64,000 bases of DNA from Candidatus Dojkabacteria bacterium (GTDB taxonomy: Bacteria; Patescibacteriota; Dojkabacteria; B142; OLB20). Where the stretch lies: positions 415,559 to 479,558 of the forward strand of contig CP129475.1 of NCBI GenBank assembly GCA_030583785.1. Reading direction: 5' to 3'. Made by a program: the position numbers and the translations under genes. The notes beneath the pieces are model-generated. The model saw only the letters and a list, made by a program, of their open reading frames with translations. It did no database searches and was not told the DNA's origin. Below are positions 46,023 through 54,412 of this stretch, piece after piece. Numbering within the stretch: the stretch's first letter is position 1; each line of letters opens with the position of its first letter.

Positions 46023-47469
46023 TTGTTGAAGAGATTCTCCAAGTAGTTACTCCGTCCCTATCTTCAAGCTGGACTAAGTATTTAGTAAACAAATAGTCAC
46101 GGATAGCATCCGACTCACTCCACTGCTTATTATTCCTTAATCTATTACGCTCATCTATCTTTTCGTTTATCTCGTTTAACATTCCAAGATCACATTTCTC
46201 AATTTCTTCCCAATCAATAATCCCTAAAACCTGGTCGAATTGTTTCAAGGTTACTAGTAAATCTTTTTCTGCAGCCTCATACTCTAACAATTCAGAAAGA
46301 ACAGCCAAGGCAATAGGCATATTAATGTCGTTCTCTATTGCCTCCCTAAACTTTTTTTCTAGGACACTTATTATCTTTCCTCCCTTAGTCTCTCCCTTAG
46401 ATTTTAGATAGCAGGTTTTAGCAAAATCTATTATTAGAGTTAATCTTTTATCTGCTGCCTCAAGGGAATCCCATGTAAAGTTTTGCACCTGTCTGTAGTG
46501 TGCCGTTAAGAAGAAATACCTGAGCGCAAGCAGATTACTAACCCTTAAGGCTACATCTTCTAATGTATAGGCATTACCCAGACTTTTACCCATTCTTTTA
46601 CCATCTACAGTTAAGAAAGCTCCATGCATCCAATAATTAACGAATTTTTGACCTGTAGCAGCCTCTGACTGTGCAATTTCGTTTGGGTGATGAACTGCTA
46701 TATGATCAACCCCACCTGTGTGAATATCGATAGGTTGTTGAAGATATTTTAGAGACATCGCAGAACATTCAATGTGCCAACCCGGATAACCCTTACCCCA
46801 AGGACTATCCCACTGCATGGAGTGATCAGGTTGGTTAAGTTGCCATAGTCTAAAATCAGCAGGATTTCGCTTTGTGGAATCATACTCTACATCATCTCTA
46901 ACAGCTACAGCCTTTTGATCCAGATCTTGACCCGCCAGTAGTCCATATCCGGGGAATCGACTTGTATCGAAATATACCGCAGTTTTCGTAACATAAGCAT
47001 ACCCTTTACTGATCAAATCATTTATCATTACAATCTGCTCATCTATATGATCTGTTGCTTTGGGCATATGATTTGGAAGACCGATATTCAGTTTTTCGAT
47101 ATCTTCTAGAAAAAGCTTTGTATAGTACTCGGCTACCTCCCATACTGTCATATTCTCTCTCTTTGCAGCCTTCTCCATTCTATCAACACCAATTTCAGTA
47201 TCTGTAATCTCTGGATTATTCAGCTTACTCTTCTGCTCATCAGTCATAGTAAGATGACCGACATCAGTAATATTCATAACTTGTAGAACTTCGAAGTCAA
47301 GATATGAGAATACTCTTTTAAGCAAATCAGCGAGGAGAAAAGATCTTAAATTTCCTATTGTTACCCTTGAATATACAGTAGGGCCACAATTGTACATACC
47401 AACCTTTCCATTTTGTCTTGGCGTGAAACTTTCTACTTTTTTTGTTGCGGTGTTGTAAATCTTAAGCAT
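46015..47469 (-). CDS. cysS: Cysteinyl-tRNA synthetase (start at MLKIYNT; HIGH motif region reads TIGN)
   Basis: MLKIYNTATKKVESFTP...GMYNCGPTVYSRVTIGNLRSF aligns with the E. coli CysRS N-terminus. It also has WHIECSAM, HHPNEIAQSEA and KMSKS as KMGKSLGN. Confidence 0.85.
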   Translation of the reverse strand: MLKIYNTATKKVESFTPRQNGKVGMYNCGPTVYSRVTIGNLRSFLLADLLKRVFSYLDFEVLQVMNITDVGHLTMTDEQKSKLNNPEITDTEIGVDRMEKAAKRENMTVWEVAEYYTKLFLEDIEKLNIGLPNHMPKATDHIDEQIVMINDLISKGYAYVTKTAVYFDTSRFPGYGLLAGQDLDQKAVAVRDDVEYDSTKRNPADFRLWQLNQPDHSMQWDSPWGKGYPGWHIECSAMSLKYLQQPIDIHTGGVDHIAVHHPNEIAQSEAATGQKFVNYWMHGAFLTVDGKRMGKSLGNAYTLEDVALRVSNLLALRYFFLTAHYRQVQNFTWDSLEAADKRLTLIIDFAKTCYLKSKGETKGGKIISVLEKKFREAIENDINMPIALAVLSELLEYEAAEKDLLVTLKQFDQVLGIIDWEEIEKCDLGMLNEINEKIDERNRLRNNKQWSESDAIRDYLFTKYLVQLEDRDGVTTWRISSTND

Positions 47470-47668
47470 ACACAAATCTTACCTGACACTGCCAGAAAAA
47501 TAAAGGTGTCGAATTATGAATACATGGAGATTTTGATATTTAATGTCTGGAAGAAATCACACACTCAAGAATTCTGCTCTGTATAAAAGAAATATAGTTA
47601 GCGAAACGAGATAGCTGAACTCTGAAAAATACTTTCTAATCGTAACTTTGTGTGGATAGTTATTGTGG

Positions 47669-48280
47669 TTAATACTCACTTCTTCCCAGAAGCGCTTTAT
47701 CAAGTGTTGAGAAATCAGCGTATTCAAGATCAGCTCCACTCGGAAGCCCTCTTGCAAGCCTGGAAATTTTAATATTAGACATATGCGAATACTCTTTCTT
47801 TAGGTACATACCCGTTGCCTCACCTTCGAGATTTGGATTTGTGGCGATAATCAGTTCAATTTCTTCGGTATGTGTTTTTAGTCTTTTAGTAAGGAGGTCT
47901 ATTGACAGTTGATCTGGTCCAATACCTTGAACCGGTGATATTGATCCACCTAAAACATGATATGTTCCATCGTAAGTGCCAATATTTTCGAAAGCAAAAA
48001 GATCGAGAATGTCTTCAACCACCAGTATTGTAGATTTATCTCTTTTCTCATCGGAACAAATTGAGCAGGTAGTATTATCTGAAGACATTATGTTTCTACA
48101 TACTCCACAAAAGGCAATATCTTTGGTTAATGCGTTTATTGCCTCTGCGAATGAGGAGATATGCTCTCTCGGACTATGCACTAGATGGAATACAAGTCTG
48201 TAAGCTGTCTTAGGACCAATCCCCGGCAAAGACGAGAAATAATCTGCTAGCCTCTCTATCGATCTAGGGAGCGATTTCAT
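47669..48280 (-). CDS. recR: Recombination protein RecR
   Basis: It has helix-hairpin-helix LPGIGPKTAYRL, Cys4 zinc finger CGVCRNI...CSICSD, and Toprim domain. Confidence 0.9.
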   Translation of the reverse strand: MKSLPRSIERLADYFSSLPGIGPKTAYRLVFHLVHSPREHISSFAEAINALTKDIAFCGVCRNIMSSDNTTCSICSDEKRDKSTILVVEDILDLFAFENIGTYDGTYHVLGGSISPVQGIGPDQLSIDLLTKRLKTHTEEIELIIATNPNLEGEATGMYLKKEYSHMSNIKISRLARGLPSGADLEYADFSTLDKALLGRSEY

Positions 48281-48283
48281 GGC

Positions 48284-48589
48284 TTATCCGCCAAGCATGC
48301 CCTTTAGTTGGCCAAGGTCCATATCTTTCATCAGTTCCTTTTGAAGCTTCTTTTGTGCGTCCTTTAAGGCTTGTTTTATGCCCTTTACTAATAATTTTTT
48401 TTCGGATGGACTAAGAAGCCGATCTTCTATAGTAATGTCTTCAACTTCTTGAGTTCCATTAATACTTACAACAACAAGTTCGTCGTCAGATTTGCCGGTA
48501 ACATGAATATTTTTCATTTTCTTCTGCATTTCTCTAGCCTCTTTCTGAAGCTTGTAAATATCCTTAATTTGTTTGAATGCTCCACCCAT
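48284..48589 (-). CDS. ybaB: Nucleoid-associated protein YbaB/EbfC
   Basis: It is 101 aa with the MGG...KQ...LQ..A.E.Q pattern and terminal GMLGG, in conserved dnaX-ybaB-recR order. Confidence 0.85.
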   Translation of the reverse strand: MGGAFKQIKDIYKLQKEAREMQKKMKNIHVTGKSDDELVVVSINGTQEVEDITIEDRLLSPSEKKLLVKGIKQALKDAQKKLQKELMKDMDLGQLKGMLGG

Positions 48590-48623
48590 TGTTGAATTTT
48601 AAAAAATATAACTTCTAAAAGAT

Positions 48624-50129
48624 TTATATCATATCCGAAAACACTTCTTCTACCAAATCTTTATTTGAATTTGTAGTTTCTGATATGTCTGCGCTATTTT
48701 TTAATTGGGGGTCAACCTCGCATACTATTAATAATGGAGCTCCAAGATGTTCTAAGCATACTTGTGAAAAGATCTCTCTACTGCGTTTGTGCTCCAGTCT
48801 TGACTTATGGAAAGCATAGCCCACTTTCAATAAAATGCGTGAATTATTTATTTCTGATATTTGTGCCTTACTCAACATTGCTACCATCTGAGGATTAACA
48901 ACTTTGCATCTTTCCAGTATTGTTCCCCAAGTTGCATGTAGGGCATCAATCTTCACATCAACAATCGAAGCTTCTTTCTCAGAGAGCTGTTTAGTTGCTG
49001 CTGTCGGTGGTTTTTGAGCTTGAGTTTGTTTTCTCGGTTTATCTTCTTTTGGTTGAATATTTGCAACCGGACGAGGCATACTATGCTCACTTTCTTGCAT
49101 CAAGGACATTATAGCTACCTCTAGGGTTAGAATCGGCAAAAGCGATGTTCTGAGGTCATTCCCGGCGACCACTAATGTATTTATAATCACAGTGATACGC
49201 TTAAGTGATAATTGAGAAGATCGATCTTCAACAGCATTAATCATTAATCCTCTGAACTTATTCAAGAGCTGCACTAAAAGTTGAGCGATATTTATACCCT
49301 GCTCTTCCACAATTTTTAAAGTCTGCAAAGCCTGGTTAGTGTCGCTATTTATTATTGATTCATAAATTTGCTCGATAATCTCTGTGCTCGCATATCCTAG
49401 TACATATTCGACATCCTGAAGATTAATAATCTTATCTTTTATGTAACCATAACTAGATAAAACTTTCTCAAGAACTGTTTCGGCATCTCTGAAGCTGCCG
49501 TTTCCGGCTGCTACAATAAGGTCAAGGGCCTTATCTTCTACCTTGATGCCTTCAGACTTCAATATCTTTTCTAGTTTCTTTTTTAGAACATCTTGCGAAG
49601 CAAGTTTAAAATCATAGCGTTGAGTTCTCGATATTATTGTTAAAGGTAACTTGTGAGCTTCTGTGGTTGCAAGTATGAAAACTATGCGCTCAGGAGGCTC
49701 TTCAAGCGTCTTTAAGAGTGCATTGAAGGCTTCTGGTGTCAACATGTGGACTTCGTCGATAATATACACCTTGTAGCCTCCTTCTGCAGGTAAGAACCCT
49801 ACTTTCTCTCTGAGATCACGAATCTCGTCTATTCCTCTATTTGAGGCCGCATCAATTTCGAATAAATCGAGGAAGCTACCATCAGAAATAGATTTACAAT
49901 TCGAGCACTGGTTGCATGGTTCTCCATCTTGGGGATTAAGACAATTTAAAGCTTTAGCAAGGATCCTTGCAGCACTTGTTTTACCTGTTCCTCTAGGGCC
50001 GGTAAAGAGATAGGCATGCGCTGCAGCTTTGTCTTTAACGGCCTGTCGAAGAACTCTGGTTATGGACTCTTGTCCATATAGTTCACTAAAGTTAGTTGAT
50101 CGATACTTTCTATAGAGAACTTGTGACAT
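48624..50129 (-). CDS. dnaX: DNA polymerase III subunit gamma/tau
   Basis: Walker A is FTGPRGTGKTSAARILAKALNC. A zinc module (C..C.NC) and the sensor motif SRTQ are present. Confidence 0.9.
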   Translation of the reverse strand: MSQVLYRKYRSTNFSELYGQESITRVLRQAVKDKAAAHAYLFTGPRGTGKTSAARILAKALNCLNPQDGEPCNQCSNCKSISDGSFLDLFEIDAASNRGIDEIRDLREKVGFLPAEGGYKVYIIDEVHMLTPEAFNALLKTLEEPPERIVFILATTEAHKLPLTIISRTQRYDFKLASQDVLKKKLEKILKSEGIKVEDKALDLIVAAGNGSFRDAETVLEKVLSSYGYIKDKIINLQDVEYVLGYASTEIIEQIYESIINSDTNQALQTLKIVEEQGINIAQLLVQLLNKFRGLMINAVEDRSSQLSLKRITVIINTLVVAGNDLRTSLLPILTLEVAIMSLMQESEHSMPRPVANIQPKEDKPRKQTQAQKPPTAATKQLSEKEASIVDVKIDALHATWGTILERCKVVNPQMVAMLSKAQISEINNSRILLKVGYAFHKSRLEHKRSREIFSQVCLEHLGAPLLIVCEVDPQLKNSADISETTNSNKDLVEEVFSDMI

Positions 50130-50149
50130 TGAACAGTTTTTAATCGGTG

Positions 50150-50368
50150 TTATTTAGAAACGCCTTTTCTAGCCAATTTTCTAGCAGCAGATCTTCTGCG
50201 TCTTTTAGTTTTTGACCAGAATTTATTGAACTCATGCCTTGTTTCGGCAGGTTTAACCCTGTAACGGTTCTTTAGCAGTTCCGTTGGAATATTTTCGCGA
50301 TTAGCCTCACGCCAAAGCATTTTTAATGCTTGGTCGATTGGCATATCATCATGGACAATAACAGCCAT
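50150..50368 (-). CDS. rpsU: 30S ribosomal protein S21
   Basis: MAVIVHDDMPIDQALKMLWREANRENIPTELLKNRYRVKPAETRHEF...RRRRSAARKLARK matches the S21 pattern (M..V.V..+...+AL+......+E+++R..Y.KP.E.R...). Confidence 0.7.
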   Translation of the reverse strand: MAVIVHDDMPIDQALKMLWREANRENIPTELLKNRYRVKPAETRHEFNKFWSKTKRRRRSAARKLARKGVSK

Positions 50369-50451
50369 TTTAGTAACACCTCCTGTCGTGTTTGGAAAAA
50401 TCCTTTTAATTAATACCTATTGTGTAGGAACTCTGTAATTATAACAGATGT

Positions 50452-52053
50452 CTATAGTCCAATCATACCCCTAAACAAATTCAAGATTCTAGATGGCCAG
50501 TCAAACTGAAACAGATCCTTGGCCATGATTAGAATCATGAAGACGATAAGTAATACGAAGGTTACCGAACCAACTCTTTCTTGTGTTTTAGCCGACAGTG
50601 GTCTCTTCCTGATACCTTCGATGACGAGAAACAATAGATTTCCTCCGTCGAATAAAGGAATCGGCAAAATATTGGCAAAAGCCAAGGCAACACTAACTAG
50701 TCCGGTTAAATTAATTAGACTGGTAAAATCTTGAACCTTAACAAGTTCATTAACAATATTGGCAACACCAATTATCGAACTCACCCCTTCGGATACCGGC
50801 GCCAAACTCTGCTCTTGAAAAGACTGGGAAACAAGAGTGCCCAGGCCCGTGACTGTATAGGCAGTCATATTATAGGTATGCAGGAATCCGCTAAACAGTT
50901 GATTCTCTTGATAAGATATCCTAAGTAGATTTTCGAGATACCCACTATTTAGCGATAGAGTTGCCCCGAGGATTGGTTTTCCATCTTCAACAGCAGGTAA
51001 GTCAATGCTTATATCTTTTTTATTTCCTTGTGAATCGACATATACCATATCAACAGCAGTACCTCTGTTCTCTCTTAGGAGCATAAGAAGATCATCTAGG
51101 CTTGCAATCTCTTGATCGGCAAAATTGAGAATAATATCTCCATTATCTAGACCAGCATTGGCTGCTGTACCTTCTTCTGATACACCTACTATACGAACCC
51201 TGTTAACAAGATCGGCATCGAAGTTGGATCTGTATCCATCTCCGTTAAGAACAAGACTCACCTCTTTATAACCCTGAGGAGTAAAGAGCCTGAGGTTAAT
51301 TTGTTCATTGACCTTCTCGTCAAGAATTCTAGCGAAATCTTCGGTGCTTACATTACGGAATCCCTCCGCATCGATAACTATTGAACCGCTAAGACTATTA
51401 TCTGCATAATAGTCGTATAAGATTGGAACTGTGCTTGTCTTTGCCCCGACGAAACTTGGATTACCAAGTCTAACTAGGTCTACAGAAAAGCCATTAATCG
51501 CAAACAGCACATAGAATAGAACGATTGCAAGTATAATGTTCATTACAACCCCAGCAACAATAACTGAAGCCCGTTGAATTAAAGTTTTTTTATCATAGTT
51601 TCCTGGATGATTGGGAATAAAATCTTTCGTATACCAATTATAGAGCTTCTCAAATTCTTCTTTGTCCAAGGCTTCTTGTTGTTTTGCAACAAACAACTCA
51701 ATTTCGTGGAATTCTGATTTTGAAGGATCAAGTTTGGCTTTTTTTAACAGTTTTTGTGCAAATTGTTTATCGGCGTCAGAATACTTTGATGCCGAGAACC
51801 TAGTAAAACTACTAGCATCTTGATCTCCAAGCATTTTGACATAACCTCCAAGCGGGAGAAGTTTGATGCTATATACAGTGCCATTCCTGAAAAAGGAAAA
51901 TAAAGAAGGGCCAAAACCAATGGCGAATTCTTGAACAACTATACCTGCCCTTTTTGCGGCTACGAAGTGTCCAAACTCGTGAATCAACACCAACAAGCCT
52001 ATTATCAGGATGAATATTGCTCCAGACACACCTATTGAGAGAATTGATTCCAT
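50452..52053 (-). CDS. rseP: Regulated intramembrane (site-2) zinc metalloprotease RseP family (M50) with PDZ domain and insertion
   Basis: HEFGHFVAAKRAGIVVQEFAIGFGP (HExxH) and LPLGGYVKM are followed by a PDZ (GLDNGDIILNFADQEI) and the LDG motif (NILPIPLFDGGNLLF). Confidence 0.85.
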   Translation of the reverse strand: MESILSIGVSGAIFILIIGLLVLIHEFGHFVAAKRAGIVVQEFAIGFGPSLFSFFRNGTVYSIKLLPLGGYVKMLGDQDASSFTRFSASKYSDADKQFAQKLLKKAKLDPSKSEFHEIELFVAKQQEALDKEEFEKLYNWYTKDFIPNHPGNYDKKTLIQRASVIVAGVVMNIILAIVLFYVLFAINGFSVDLVRLGNPSFVGAKTSTVPILYDYYADNSLSGSIVIDAEGFRNVSTEDFARILDEKVNEQINLRLFTPQGYKEVSLVLNGDGYRSNFDADLVNRVRIVGVSEEGTAANAGLDNGDIILNFADQEIASLDDLLMLLRENRGTAVDMVYVDSQGNKKDISIDLPAVEDGKPILGATLSLNSGYLENLLRISYQENQLFSGFLHTYNMTAYTVTGLGTLVSQSFQEQSLAPVSEGVSSIIGVANIVNELVKVQDFTSLINLTGLVSVALAFANILPIPLFDGGNLLFLVIEGIRKRPLSAKTQERVGSVTFVLLIVFMILIMAKDLFQFDWPSRILNLFRGMIGL

Positions 52054-52134
52054 GGCTAATTAGAATACTATTATAGAAACTCTAGTATAAAGATATAACA
52101 GCAAAATGTCATACTTAAGGAAAACAGCAGAAAA

Positions 52135-52710
52135 CTAGACCTGCATCAACTCTTTCTCTTTTTCTTTTCCTATTGTTTCGATTGATTCATTAGTTTCATC
52201 AACAAGCTTTTGCACTTGCTTCTCAAGCCTTTCAGCATCGTCTTCGGATAAGTTATTTGAATCCTTTTGATTACCTACTTCATCTAACAACTCTTTTCTA
52301 ACTTGTCGAACTGCGATTCTTGCTTCTTCCAGTTTTGATTTCATGACCTTTACATAATCTAGCCTTCGTTCTTCGGTCAGTGGAGGAATAGGTAGCTTAA
52401 TGACTTCTCCTTCAACAATGGGCTGAATGCCTATGTCCGAAGACTTAATAGCATTAGTTACTGCCTCAACTGTTGATTTATCCCATGGTTTAACAGTTAA
52501 TAAAGAAGCATCTACTACTGTGATATTCGCTACCTGTACGATAGGCATAAGCTGGCTGTATACATCCACCTTGATATTGTCTAGCATCTGTGGATTTGCT
52601 CTTCCTGCCCTCATTGAAGATAGATCTTTACGGAGATGCTCTAAGACATCCTTAAATTTTGTTGTTGCTTGGTCGATTATTTGCGACATTATTAAATTTA
52701 TAATCCACAA
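52135..52710 (-). CDS. frr: Ribosome recycling factor (possible true start at MSQIID, about 52689)
   Basis: DVLEHLRKDLSSMRAGRANPQMLDNIKVDVYSQLMPIVQVANI...DYVKVMKSKLEEARIAVRQVRKE matches RRF throughout. Confidence 0.9.
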   Translation of the reverse strand: MWIINLIMSQIIDQATTKFKDVLEHLRKDLSSMRAGRANPQMLDNIKVDVYSQLMPIVQVANITVVDASLLTVKPWDKSTVEAVTNAIKSSDIGIQPIVEGEVIKLPIPPLTEERRLDYVKVMKSKLEEARIAVRQVRKELLDEVGNQKDSNNLSEDDAERLEKQVQKLVDETNESIETIGKEKEKELMQV

Positions 52711-53309
52711 GAATTTGAAGTTGCAGCAATTTGGAATCTGCAGAATCTACCGATCTCTATCTTTTCACCGATAGCAGCAATTGCCTCGTTAACAAGGTCT
52801 TCAACTTTTTTGGTATCGTCTTTGACATAGACCTGTTCAAGTAAGACAACCTCTTCGTAAAACTTTTGCATTTTTCCTTCGAGAATTTTTTCGACAACTG
52901 CTTCTGGTTTATTACCTTCGATAGAAGCCTTTGCAATCTCTTTTTCTTTATTTAGGATATCAGCTGGAACATTTTCTCTACTGATATATTCTGGCTTATT
53001 TGCTGCAATATGCAAAGCAAGATTATGCGCTAGCTCTCTAAACTTTTCGTTACGAGCGGTAAAATCTGTTTCAGCATTAAGCTCTACTAGTACACCAATT
53101 GTTCCATCCCCGTGAATGTAGTGTGCAATAAAACCTTTGTCTGCTTGTTTATCGGCCCTTTTAGCGGCTTTGGCTACTCCTTTTTCTCTGAGATACTCAA
53201 CAGCCTTGTCTATGTCACCTTTGCTATGCTCTAATGCTTCCTTTACATTGGTTACACCAGCTCCAGTAAGTTTTCGAAGCTCTTTAATTTGTTCTAAAGT
53301 GATTTGCAT
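52698..53309 (-). CDS. tsf: Elongation factor Ts (short form)
   Basis: The N-terminal UBA-like ITLEQIKELRKLTGAGVTNVKEALEHSKGDIDKAVEYLREKG matches EF-Ts. The protein is 203 aa. Confidence 0.9.
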   Translation of the reverse strand: MQITLEQIKELRKLTGAGVTNVKEALEHSKGDIDKAVEYLREKGVAKAAKRADKQADKGFIAHYIHGDGTIGVLVELNAETDFTARNEKFRELAHNLALHIAANKPEYISRENVPADILNKEKEIAKASIEGNKPEAVVEKILEGKMQKFYEEVVLLEQVYVKDDTKKVEDLVNEAIAAIGEKIEIGRFCRFQIAATSNSCGL

Positions 53310-53333
53310 TAGTTTGTTGTAATAATTAATACT

Positions 53334-54305
53334 TTATTTTCTGGCTTTTGTTGCCTTTTGTCTTTTAGCAGTCTCTTTGTTTTTCTGAATATCTTCTAAA
53401 AGACCTTTCCCAGCCTTTGTAGCTTTTGTAGGCTTCTTCTCAATTTTTGCTGGCCTTGGAGTTTCTGTTTTAACTTCGGCAGAAGTCTGAATCTCGACCT
53501 TTTTCTCGGCCTGCTGTTCTATTCTAACAATTTTTACTTCATAAGTTGAGTAGTCGATTAGCTCGTGCTTAATTCCTCGTCCTCCGTTACCAGTTTTAAT
53601 TGCTTTTCCTAGCAGTCCAACCAATAGGTTAATGGATCCGATCGCATCATCGTTTGCTGGAATAGCATAATCGACAGCTTCAGGATCACAATTTGTGTCA
53701 ACTAGTCCAATAACTGGAATATTTAGTCCCCTTGCTTCTTTTATAGCGTTCCTTTCATAATTACTATCAATAACGACAACTGCCTTAGGATATTGGGTCA
53801 TTGTTTTAACTCCTTCGTAAAGCCTGTTCATTTTTTCCCAGTCTTTTTTCATTTGAGAAACCTCGAACTTGGTTCGACCTTCTACTCCTGTTTTAAATTC
53901 ATGCTCAAGTGTCATGAACTTCTTAAGACTTCTTTGAATCATTTCAAAGTTAGTAAGAAGTCCTCCTGGCCATCTATGAGTGATGTAATGTGCTCCAGTT
54001 TCGATGGCTGTTTTCTTAACGATATCTGCGGCTTGTCTTTTTGTTCCTACAAGCAGGATGCTTCCTTCTGAAGCAGCCTTAGCAAGGAATTGCATTGCCT
54101 CTTGCAGAGCAGGAAGGGACTGAGAAATATCTATGATGTGAATATTTTCTTTCTTACCAAAAATGTATGATTTCATTTTGGGGTTCCACTTCTTTGATTG
54201 ATGTCCGAATTGAACGCCAACCTTTAGGAACTCTTTTATATCGGGCATTTCGAAGTTAAACTTCTTTGGTGCATCTGCTGATGCTACTTTTGCATTTAAT
54301 GACAT
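53334..54305 (-). CDS. rpsB: 30S ribosomal protein S2 with Lys-rich C-terminal extension
   Basis: LKVGVQFGHQSKKWNPKMKSYIFG... matches the S2 core. About 70 extra Lys/Ala/Glu-rich residues sit at the C-terminus. The ATG at 54305 is preceded by AAGGAG 7 nt upstream. Confidence 0.9.
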   Translation of the reverse strand: MSLNAKVASADAPKKFNFEMPDIKEFLKVGVQFGHQSKKWNPKMKSYIFGKKENIHIIDISQSLPALQEAMQFLAKAASEGSILLVGTKRQAADIVKKTAIETGAHYITHRWPGGLLTNFEMIQRSLKKFMTLEHEFKTGVEGRTKFEVSQMKKDWEKMNRLYEGVKTMTQYPKAVVVIDSNYERNAIKEARGLNIPVIGLVDTNCDPEAVDYAIPANDDAIGSINLLVGLLGKAIKTGNGGRGIKHELIDYSTYEVKIVRIEQQAEKKVEIQTSAEVKTETPRPAKIEKKPTKATKAGKGLLEDIQKNKETAKRQKATKARK

Positions 54306-54393
54306 ATTGTTCTCCTTTTTTGTCCTCCACCCGCTCCCCCGATATTATCGGGCAAAAAGGAAATGCAGGTGTGTGTAATAAAATAATACGGCG

Positions 54394-54404
54394 ATTATAA
54401 CACA
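54394..54404 (-). promoter_or_regulatory. Candidate extended -10 promoter element (TGTGTTATAAT on minus strand) for rpsB-tsf-frr; the leader contains palindrome CCGATAtTATCGG (about 54338..54352)
   Basis: A TGn-TATAAT match sits about 90 nt upstream of the rpsB start. The leader holds a 6/6 inverted repeat and a strong SD. This is by eye only. Confidence 0.35.
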
Positions 54405-54412
54405 GAATCTTT

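Noticed and set aside
47557-47757. Minus-strand 66-aa ORF overlapping the 3' end of recR
   Set aside because: It is an out-of-frame overlap with RecR's conserved C-terminus. RecR homology continues to its own stop at 47669.
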